A program made the translations under genes and the position numbers. A stretch of 64,000 bases of DNA from Mytilus edulis (Eukaryota): contig NC_092350.1 of NCBI RefSeq assembly GCF_963676685.1, positions 44,764,001-44,828,000 on the forward strand. The letters run 5' to 3'. The number at the start of each line of letters is the position of its first letter. Within the stretch, counting starts at the first letter, position 1. A model generated the notes under the pieces. The model was given only the letters and a program-made list of their open reading frames with translations. It was not told where the DNA came from and made no database searches. Positions 13,006 through 24,174 of this stretch are shown in pieces.

Positions 13006-16000
13006 ATATCAAAATATTTAAAAAGCCAAACAATTACAAAGTAGAGTGTAAGGATAGACACATTATTGAAATAGACTGTCAAATACAATAAGGAGTAAAG
13101 TTTTCCTTTTTTTACTATCGTTTCATTAGTAAAATGCATTGTTCAATAGTACACAGTATTTAGGAAAAATATGACGGTTTTTTTTTTTTTTATTGAAAAT
13201 CATTATCATATATCTGATGAGTTTTGTAGGTTGATATTGCATCTGACGTTGGGATTCTAGTGGCTTCTAATTTTACGCCCTTGATCGCTGAAATTATTAA
13301 AATAGACTGCAACTTCCGCTAGTAACAAAAAGAAGGAAAGTTTTTTCCCTTTTTTAAACGATTTTATCATTTGTAAAACATATTGTTTGACACAGAATTT
13401 ATAAAAATTGTGACAATTTATGGCAAACTCTTTTATCAATACTATATTTGATGAATTATGTTGAGTAAGATTGCATCTAGCGTCGGGATTCTAGTTGGTA
13501 TTAATTGTGCGCCTCTGATAGCTAGAATGTTTCTGTACTTTTATGAAACAAAAATATACAAAACCTTCTTAAAGATAGATAGGAAAACAAGAACATAAAA
13601 AGTAAAATAACTAAAATACTGATGTCCAAGGAAAACTCAAAACGGAAATTGAAATTTAGCTTTGAGGTTTATTGATGTTTCCTTTCGATGGAAACTAGAA
13701 ATCAGTTTTCTAAAGTCCTCGTATGTTCAAATGAATTAGAAATTAAAAAGATATCATACAACGACTGTCTGCTATATATCTTAGTCTTATCCATGCTGGT
13801 CACGGTGATTGACAAGTCAAAGTTTGGATCGACAAAACAATTATCTCTGTTTCCAATTGTTAACGTCCTTTTCCAAAGCAGTAACAGCTTGTATATTGCG
13901 TTTACATATCTCATTAGTAGATAATCCAGGGACTGCTACTTGATATGGCTTTGGGTTAATATGACTAGTGATTGGTGATCTATGCATATACGATTTCAAC
14001 TATTTCGACGCATTTTTTTCAAATTCGTTGAATTATATACAATTCCATATGTTTTTATTTACAAGTTTATCTTTTACCAGTTGAATTTAAATAAATACAT
14101 TTCAATTGAAATACATAATTTGTAAAATGAAGGCAACAGTAGTATACCGCTGTTTAAAAGTCATAAACCGATTGAGAGAACAAAAAACCCAGGGGTAACA
14201 AACTACAACTGAAGGAAACACTTTTTGTTGGACGATGTCTGATGACTTTTCCACGGTTGACGGTCGGAATCATTGAAAACAACATCGTGCGATAGACTTT
14301 TCTTGGATATATGGAATGTCTATTTTGAACATTTAAGAATTGCATTTGAATAGGAATGGCACTACTGTGTTTGAAAAAATGCCATGGTAAATTTGAGATT
14401 TGACGGTCGCATACATCTGTTTAATTGGCTAGACAATAATCGTCACAAAAACAACTCTATTTGCATATACAATTGTATTTGTAACCGTACATTTACAAAT
14501 TAGTGGTGGCAATTTTTACAACAAAGAACTTTAGTTTTTTAAGAAGAGTTCACTTTCATAAACCATCTTTTTTGTATTAATTTGCCTCTTTCCATATCAA
14601 CAGCGACTTACGGTATCAGGTAATAAGTCTAATTCCGGTATTAAATGGATTATTCAATAGAAGGATAAAACGCGACCAGCACTTGTATTTAAAAGACTCA
14701 ATGCTGAATCGCGGTTGTTTTCTTTTTGACCGAGAATGTATGTAACATTCAGACATGAACCTATAGAATGTCTTTACAAATTATATTAAAATGCAAATGC
14801 TTAGAAATTCAAATGGAATTTAAAACATTTGTTAATCTATACCATTTTCTCTAATCCAATCTGCATAAGTATAAGTGTATTTGTAATTCACACAAAGCGC
14901 AACATGCAATGCTATGCATATTACTGAAAATCTATAAGTGATTGCGTATATAAAACTATAGAATTGTCATAATTATTTAAGGAAACGATGATGTACAGCA
15001 GTTTAAATGATATTTGTTTTGTGATGCAATTCGCTGACTGGTGTCATGCAAAAAGGTCTTTTAGTATATACGTTTTCCTGTATTTTTATTTTACAAATAC
15101 CAGCTGTGACATTTGAAGACAGTTTTTTTCCCATTTCAAATTCTCTTATCCTGATACTTCCTAGTACTCTCCATTGCTCATCATACTACTTTGTACATTT
15201 AATACAATGGCACTCACACCACATCTTCCTATATCTATTAAGGGAGTTGATTCAAACTTCTTTAAGAAAAAAGACTAAATGAACTTGCATCATAGTTTGC
15301 CAGTACTGAGAATCATTTAAAGCATTGAATCATTTATATAACAGGTTGTTCTGTACTATAAATTTCATTTCCAATGCTCATCCTAGTACTTTGTACCGTT
15401 AATACAATATTTATTGCGTTGATTTAACGTTGTATTGAATCACTTTTAAATACATGCTGTTTGCGTTTGAGAGTTTGAAAGGTATACTACTTCTCGCTTG
15501 CTTGTCTATATGGAAATTTATAGTACAAATCAGCTGGTCATAGAAATTATTCAAGGCATTACATGGATATAAGTACTGACAAAATATGACTCAGGTTCAT
15601 CCGGTCCTTTTTGTTGCTGAAGTTAACTATCACAATCGTGAATTGGACAATTGTCTCTGGCATAAACCTATTGTCGCCTTAGATATTTGTGAAATACGTG
15701 TATCCCATACAGTAGTATAAAGCATGCATCTGTTCAATGAGTGCGGTAACATTCAAACTATCGGCAAACAGGAAGTAAAACGCTCTGCAGATGTAAATAT
15801 TACGTACACGCTTTAACTCAACATTATGAAACTATATAACAAATACAAAACCATTCCCTTTTATAGAAGGAAGATCAATTTTGACATTAGCTTACACAGT
15901 ACAATGAGCGTTGGAAATGTCAAACCATCGACAAAAAGGGAATGGCTTCGAGGCAGACTCAAAAACTGCTTTCCCGCTACAAATGAACATTATGAAGCTG

Positions 16001-17441
16001 TAGAACAAATATAAAAGCATTCCTGTTTATAGAAGCCATCACGAGCATTTTATTTCCTGGATTTTTAGACAGTGACACTCATAGATTTAATATCACCAAA
16101 AGTTCTCTAAATAACATGGCCGCATTAAGACATGACGAAAACAACTACTGACCAGGTTTCTGTTTGTGGACAGGCTTATTCATACTTAAATTATATTTAG
16201 TTATGTATTGCACGATCAAGTTTGTGCTTTAGTTTTAGTCTTTGCTTTTATGTAAATAACAACGGCCATACTTTTTCTTTCCTCTTACAATGACAGTGGA
16301 AGAATAATCGAAGCAATTAAAACATTACACTTTTTTTTTTGAATTTTGTAATAAATTAGTTAAACTAGCTTAACGGTTTCAGTTGATATATCTATATTTT
16401 TTTTAAAGAATTCCCAAAAATGTTTGTCTTGTAATTATTTTTCCATGCATGGGTTTATCTGACTGAAGTTTCCAAATATTGTTTGCAATGTTACTCTGTA
16501 GCAGTTAAGGGTGCAACTGGTATGATCAGTACCCATATTTTGAACTACAATCCATTTTAAAGAATATATGACTAACTGCTGTCTACGTGTCATTCTAATG
16601 CACCATTACATCAATGTAAAAACTGCGTAATAGTACACAATATCTTCTACTTACATTGATAAAATATTGATCTATGTATTCTTTCATAAAAAAAATTATA
16701 AAGACAAATTCTCTTATACCAGACAACTAGACTTTTCTGGTAAGTGAAACAATGTCAATGCAAACAAATATCAGCGAGAATTTTGTTATTTACTGTTAAT
16801 ATATTTCAAATATTTTCATCTTTAGATATAATTTTACTAAAAGCATTCTTAATTGGTTAAGTAAGAAGCATTGCGGAAGTCGTTGATCTTTAATATACTA
16901 CTAAATAAAGTCATAATATAAAAACTTGAAAGATGAATACAAGTTTTAACATTTTCAAGTTGTAAAAAGGCAAACAAATAATAGAAGACTATATTATTGT
17001 TTCGTATTCTGTCCATGCTAAAAAGTGTACATTGTTTTCCTGGTTTTATTCATCCATAGTTGTTTTTCAGTTGTTACAAATTAAAAACGGCGGTTGAAGT
17101 TGTTTTCGAACATGGGAACATTAATCTCTCTATATACTTTGGCTTCCGTATTATAACGGTGGATGAGGCATATACTTTAAGATCAGATTCCATAACAACT
17201 TAAATGGACTTTTAAATATTGAAAAAAGAACTAAAAAACAATGATATTTGTGACAGATATACAGAGTTTGCAGCTAATATTTGTCGCCATCGTAACATTT
17301 TATTTTTATCACTTGTATCTCAATTACCATGTACGTCAATGAATAAACATAGTATACATCAATACTGAAATTGTCATAAATCACAGTAACAGTTATTTGG
17401 TTACTACTTGAAGGTATATATTTTTGTCGATCTTTTTGCAG

Positions 17442-17539
17442 ATGAACATGAAGCAAAATACAACAAGTATAATTGTAGCAGTAACGATATTATTAGCATG
17501 TGTAGTACAAGCAAGATATACAGATGATGACTTAGATCG
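17442..17539 (+). CDS. Shared exon: signal peptide and short acidic pro-region (MNMKQNTTSIIVAVTILLACVVQA-RYTDDDLD(R))
   Basis: Acceptor tttttgcag immediately before the ATG; hydrophobic core ending in VQA; donor CG|GTACGT, phase 2. Confidence 0.9.
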
Positions 17540-20500
17540 GTACGTTTTGTTTTTATATTTGTGTATGTGTTTTTCAGTATGTAATTTTTGTTTTCGTCGG
17601 TATTCAGTTTTTTTATAGACATGTTCGTGTATATGTGGGTATTCACTTTTCACATTGATTGTATGCGTACCTTAACTATGCGTGGATATGTTGTCCTGTA
17701 ATAGACTTCTCCTTGTTTTCTTTTGTTGCAGTTTTCTTTCCGAAATGAACACATTTGGTGAAATCGAAGACTTCATATCCAAGCGCGTGTTTCGTAGTCG
17801 CTTTGAAATATTCGATTACTTTTCAAAGATCCTAAATACCTTTCTTTCTTTCTTTATTCATGTCTGGAGTACACATTATACATTTACGATTCAATATTCT
17901 GTATATATGTACAGACATATTATGAACACTTTCGAAATATTTTTATAAAGCAAGATCGAAAAAAAGGATTTAAACTTTTTGATATATTTAACAGATATTG
18001 CAAGGCTGCCCCTTTGAAAGATTATAGAAAAAAATTGGATGTCTGTCAAATCTTAGATTTTTACTCCCTTTTTTGTATTTTATATTTTTCACAACAATGA
18101 ATGTTGATATTTTAATCATTGAGAGAATATTTTTAAAATAGAGTTGAAAAAGTAACGTTTACTGCCAGCATGTGAAAAGTCCATTTTATAAGACATCTGA
18201 ATGAAACGCAAGACATTTTGGGATTTTGTCACCTGTTTGGCATGCAGCGTACTCAGTTAATATACATTGACACAAAAACATATTCATTTATAAAAAGCAA
18301 AATGAGGACAATACATTATAATTTTCTTATTATATAAGCTACTCAAAGCGCAGTCCGCGCTCAAGCGATTCCAATTCACATATATATGGATTACCAAACC
18401 CATGTTTGAAAAAAGCGAGACTTGCATGTAAACCTGATATTCTTGATGAGTGTTTATATGAAGGAAAGTCTTCAGCAATATATGTGAGTAATGTTAATTC
18501 GAATCTACGCTCTCCTGTCTCCTGTGAAACATTGCATTGCATACATTATACATCGGGTTTGATGGAACGTTGATTTGTCTAAATCTTACCCATTTTACCT
18601 TTTCTATTGTCAGTTTTTATTTATCAATCAAATGTGTTATTTGTTTGTTCTCGTCCCTTAAATAATAGATTTAAATTTTATTTTTATTTCAAAGTTTGTT
18701 GCCGTTTTTGCGTTTTTTGTTTGTTAGTGTGAAGTTTCCCTCAGCCTTCAATTTCAAACTATACTTATTTTTACTTTTTCGTAGCGATTTTTTGATAGAA
18801 ATATTTAAATTTTGAAGTCTGTGTATATTTTACACAATTTATTTATGGTAGAAATAAAGCAATTGTTTCATACCATTAAAATACACCAACAATATTCAAA
18901 CGACAGCAAGCAGATGCACAGAAATGATATTCTTCTTAGTTGAAAACAACTTTTCCAAGTCATTCTCGAACATGCTCTCATCCATCAGTTTTCAACACGG
19001 TTCATGAATAACCTCTTAAATTGAAAAGACGTTTTTCATTCAGCAAAATAACTGTGTGAATCTTCTATCTGGAATTAATATCAAAAAGCTGTCGACATTA
19101 TCTATGAAGTATTTCTTTTTGATACTATTTCCGGTTTGTTTGGAATGGAAATATTCAATATTTGTCAATTGATGTTAAACCTTCTCATTACGCGTTAGGA
19201 GTAAAAAATCAAATACTTCGACGTAACATAAGCCTTTACTAATGCCTTTCCTAGAAAATTCCTTTATACTAATTTATTTGATTTTGTCTGTTAAGATTTA
19301 TATTATCAATCTCAATTTGTTAATTTGAAATCAATTTATCCATACTTTGCGACGAAGCATTTCTGTAATTGTTTACTATTTGAAGATTAAATTACCGTTC
19401 CTCTTTTCATAAGTGCAGTAAAATTGCGGCAGATCATCGCTTTTTCACAGCCACTTTAAACTTGATGCTTCTTCAGTACCGATTGGTTGTTTTATTTATT
19501 CACCAATTAAAGTTAGAAAATTTATTAGATTTGGTTTGCTTCTTTGTTACACAATAAGAATAATCAGCTTCCTACAAGATGATTCGAGAAAAACGACTAA
19601 GCTTTTCAAAACATAGTTTTTTATACAATGTCAAACAAATTATATTAATAGAAATGACAACACAGCATAAAAGTAACAACAATGATTGCATTTGATTACT
19701 TTAATGCTAATAAAACTCTGTACAGAAATGTTTAATAATTGAAGACAAAAATCGTTACAATATGATAGCGTCATAACATATTGTTTAAAATCACTTAGAA
19801 TTCAAATGCTCATATATTTCAAATCTTTTCCATCTAATATTATAGGAAAGAGAGGTTTTAAACGCCAACTATGGATAAATTATACTTTCCCCGCCTTGTT
19901 CTATTTTCTATTTTGAGAAAGAAGATTTTTATAATGTCAGGAGAGTACAGAGAACTGTTATATGATTATTTGATATCATTCTACTATGTACTTTAATCAA
20001 AGCTATATGTTTTAATGCATTGAAAGTCTGCGTTCAAACTAAGATGTATGCAAATTGTTCGAAACAATTCATGCAATATTTTTTTCTGAACAAATCCATC
20101 TAAAAGATCTACTTTTTGAGGACATACCACATTTTGACCGCATTTTCCTCGGTAGATTTCAGTTAATGATTCAAAAAGTTACCAAAGGTTTTCTCAGCAA
20201 CGACTTCATTTTGTTTGATACAGCTACATTTGGACAGTACTTACATTATTTACCTTTAAAATACCCATTTCCCAATTATAACAATAAACCGATCTCGCAT
20301 TTTCTCTCAGAATTTCCTGATATAAATTTTCTGAAGTGAAAAGAAAGCTGTTGAATTAAAGTTTGTAAATCTGCTTTCAAAATCGGAATATATTCGGGAA
20401 TTTACCAAACAACCGCAAAAGAAAAGACTAAATAATTTGAAATTCTTTTGATAATATAATTCTTTATGTATATGTATGCTTCTTGGCTTTACAAAAATAT

Positions 20501-23500
20501 CGACTCCTGCCCATGAGAAGAGAACTCGCAAATCAATAAGTTTGGCCATAATTCTCTTAATGAAAGTCCTGTAATAATTGGACATGTGTACGCTGTCCTC
20601 CAATATGGCGGCAAAAGATAGAAAAGCTCGAAACCTTATCCCTCAATGGGTTTTTTTTCATTACTTGTGTTAAATGTCATGTTTTACCATAATACACAAA
20701 CAGTAGTAGACAGGAAGAAACGACTTTACGTCTTTTCGATGAGATTAGGAATTGTGTCCTACGACAGTTATCCGTTTAAGTGTAGACTTTTCTACGCGAA
20801 TATCTGTTTGTATGTATATATGTGTGTGTTTTCATGTTATATGTTTGTGACTGTGTTTTCAGTGTTAAACGTCAAATGGCCGATGCAAAGGCCTCTGAGT
20901 ATCTAGCCCTGATCAGACTGGGCCTAGCCAGTGGGTGTCGAGAGATAGGGTGCGGCCTGATTGATTTTCACACCAGGTACAACAAAATGTACGTGTTGTT
21001 TCGTCCAAGTAACGTAACGTCAAGTGAAGTGGTATATATGATGGAATGATATATACTATGATATAACCATTATAATATAATATATATATATATTGATATC
21101 TAGCATGAAACAGTATATGCATTAATATTTATATATTTTAATATTTATCAATGAAAATTTGCAATATAATCTTATGTTACACAGTCCAACTTGTAAATGC
21201 GCCATTTCCTACAATATATGAAATATTTGTTAACATTGACGAACCCAATTAATAAAATTTTTTCACAAGTTGGACTATGTAGGCTTTTTATTGGCATGCT
21301 GACACACATGCTTTTAATTTAGTTCAAGAATGATCATAAGTTTAAACGATATATTGAGCAGAACATTGAAACAGAACTTAAAACGTGACAATAATGAAGG
21401 ATAAACCAATGAAAGTTAATAATATTTTTGTTTATTTAACTCATTTAGAGATCAAAAAGCCTTTGACTAGCGTAGAATGAGTTAAGCGTTACCCCATATT
21501 TACTGACTTTTAATTTATGAATTGACTAATTCAAAATTACAATCAAAATAATCTCCAATTATAAGACAGTAATTGCTCATATATTTTGAAATTCAAAACT
21601 TTCAAAATATTATGATCATCATTAGGTTATTCAACCAATAGATACAATCGTCACTTTCGAATTAGAATCTTAAGAAGAAAAAACCAAGCAGGTGATATTT
21701 AGAATGTTTATTCATTCATGATCATCTACTGGGTTGTAACCTATCTTAATCGTCTCTTTTGACATTCATGATCGGACCATTTCAACTTCATTGATGTAAC
21801 GTTTTTAAACTCTGCTCGATAAAACTCCGTTTATTTATTATTTTGCATGATGTTATGTTATATAACGAAGAGGTGGTTTAGAAAGAAAAAAAAAGAAATA
21901 ATTGAAAAAATAATGAGAGAAATTTATCTAAAATCTAAGAAGAAAATAAAACCATTTCTTCCTCTGTGTTATGTATGCTAATATATGCATGTTGCTACTA
22001 CCTTTCACTCACAGGTTTGCCAAGAGGTCATGGTCAGATCAACGTATAGCCGATTATCAAGCCAGACTGGCATTATACCAAGGACGACCTTTACTATCGC
22101 ATGGTCAGTTTGACACAAATAAAATGTAGGTATCAATTTATTTATATTGCAGAAATGACGATGCTTTGCTGCAGCGTTTCCAGGCTCATTTGCATGCTCT
22201 TCCATTTCTTTATGTCATAGAATACTTGATATGCGGGTTCGTTTAAAAAAAATATGGTACATGTGTTTAGGCTCGATACTTACCAAATTGTACCAAATAT
22301 GCAACAGGTATCAAATTTTTATCAACTTCTTAAGGCATAAATACAATGTCATCTTCATATTTATCAATTACTGACCAAGAAGCCGTACATTAACGTATTC
22401 TATGACACAGCACACCATCCCCAATTGCAGCTTCAATGCACTTATAATCTTCCTGGGCATAAACCGCATGCTTGATTTACTACAGATTTGAAAAGCGGAC
22501 GTCTTCAGACCAAAGAATTGCTGAACTTCAGGCGCTGATTGCGTTGTCGCGAGGTAGTGGTATAGTTGGGCATGGCAGAATTGACCCATATGGCATGTAG
22601 GTATCTCTGCAAAATTCGGTCAGGCTTTACGGATGTTTTCTGCATTCAGGTATCTCTGTTATATCCAATCCAGAATCGCTTGATACATCTAGCATGACGC
22701 TATCAATACTGGTAACACTTGCTATTAATAAGGCAGCGAGATAAAGTGTGTTCTTACAGAAACAAAATATTCTATTTCTATGAAGGAGTTAAAGAGAAAA
22801 ACAAGTGCTTAGCTACGTTTTTTCCTCCGAAGAAAAACGAACAAACAAATAAAGCAAAACGATTCATGCTTGAAAAAAACTAACATCGAAACATGCATAT
22901 ACATTTATTATGAATCAAACAAAAACATTTTAAATCTTCTATATTTGAATATAATCCCGAATATTTCATGCAATATCTCTGACAATGTCTGATGAACAAT
23001 AATGCTATAGAAGAACGTCATGGACTATAAGCAGAGAGGAATTCGTTACTTTTAAAAGAGCACTGTTATTTGTAAAACACAATTTACAAAATGTTACCAA
23101 ATGAGTTACAGACATGCGCACATGTTCATTATATGGCCTTACAATATTAGTCTTTCTCTTTGACACATTCTGTTATTGTTCATGCTTATTAGTGAGCTAC
23201 GTAAAATGCGCAAAACTGAACATATTTCTGCTTTACAACGTTAACGTCACAAAATTAAATCATTCTGCATTTATGATTCTTATTCTGCTGTTGTTCAGCG
23301 AAATGTTCATACAAAATTGCAACTGATGTCAGCGATATGGATTCAACTGCAGTGTTCTCATTACTTCAGTTTGTTTTGCACATAAGTGCGCAGACAGCAG
23401 TGCACTCACTTGCTAGAAAATAATACGTTACGACAAGCAAACCATCTCCTAGTATACATTACTTGGTATACTAGAAATTGCTTATTAGAAGAAACAAAAT

Positions 23501-24174
23501 TAATTTAAAAGCAAAAGTAATTGGAAAATTAAATTAATTGCAAATATCTATATTTAATTGAGATACATAATATAAATAGACCATTATACCAAAAAGAACG
23601 CTGCAGCTTTATACACATTTAAAGAGACCACGTCCACAGTGCTAAGAAAATGAGTACGCGTTCATTGCTTAAAAATATACAGGTATTACAAAAGGTTCAG
23701 CTCACAAAAGCGATACTCAGAGTGTCCTCCATAGAATTCTTGAATTTTTCTTTACAACTATTGTGCTAATTTTTCAAAACCTCATTGGTAGGCGAAAGCT
23801 TCGTCATTGATCGCTTTGCTTGTCGTCGTTAGAAAAAAGGACAAAAAAAAACACAAAAGACAAGAAACGTACTGCAAATACACAGTTAGTTAAACACTTT
23901 TAATCTATCAATATAGAACCGATACATCAATTTCAAAGGAATAAAAAAAAAAAAAATTGATCAAGTATATTGAAAATAAATTAAAATGATTCATGCAAAA
24001 TTAAATTGTGTTTCTAACTATCCAAACACCCATATGTGCGCAATCCAAATTTTTCTGATGCATTTCTTTTTTCATTCCTTTCACAGTGGTAGAAGGAAAA
24101 GAGATACTGGAATACTCAGAACACTCATAAACAAAAACAGACTTTTGCAAAATTCTGACGACAGCCATTTATGA
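17442..24174 (+). CDS. PTH-like (iPTH/PXXXamide-type) neuropeptide precursor gene with three alternative mature-peptide exons; isoforms of 99/98/98 aa
   Basis: Join 17442-17539 + [20863-20976 or 22015-22125 or 22486-22596] + 24087-24174. All junctions are GT-AG and phase 2. Each join gives an open frame with a signal peptide, KR site, homologous peptide and GRRKR. Confidence 0.9.
20863..20976 (+). CDS. Cassette exon A: (R)VKR-QMADAKASEYLALIRLGLASGCREIGCGLIDFHT(S), 35-aa Cys-pair peptide
   Basis: Acceptor gttttcag|T; donor CAG|GTACAA; 114 nt; creates an RVKR furin-type site. Confidence 0.88.
22015..22125 (+). CDS. Cassette exon B: (R)FAKR-SWSDQRIADYQARLALYQGRPLLSHGQFDTNK(I), 33-aa peptide
   Basis: Acceptor cctttcactcacag|G; donor AT|GTAGGT; 111 nt; SDQRIA and HGxxD motifs; not in the ORF track. 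Confidence 0.88.
22486..22596 (+). CDS. Cassette exon C: (R)FEKR-TSSDQRIAELQALIALSRGSGIVGHGRIDPYG(I), 33-aa canonical PXXXamide/iPTH-type peptide
   Basis: Acceptor tttactacag|A; donor AT|GTAGGT; 111 nt; SDQRxAEL..L.AL and GxGxxDPxxI-G-RR signature; not in the ORF track. Confidence 0.92.
24087..24174 (+). CDS. Shared terminal coding exon: GRRKR amidation/cleavage signal plus C-terminal peptide DTGILRTLINKNRLLQNSDDSHL*
   Basis: Strong polypyrimidine acceptor tttcttttttcattcctttcacag|T GGT AGA AGG AAA AGA; stop TGA at 24172-24174. Confidence 0.9.

Noticed and set aside
19846-19916. GKRGFKRQLW dibasic-rich stretch after a tag acceptor
   Set aside because: Wrong phase to join the signal exon; the phase-2 frame stops at once (TTT TAA).
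20711-20785. cag|G AAG AAA CGA (RKKR...) as another phase-2 cassette
   Set aside because: No polypyrimidine tract, no family motifs and only a weak donor.
22005-22589. Minus-strand ORFs 22005-22205 and 22368-22589
   Set aside because: Shadows of the plus-strand cassette exons B and C.
20977-24086. Dscam-like docking/selector base-pairing or steric exclusion between cassettes
   Set aside because: I could not identify convincing complementary elements by eye, and the introns (360 nt or more) are too long for steric exclusion. This needs comparative folding analysis.
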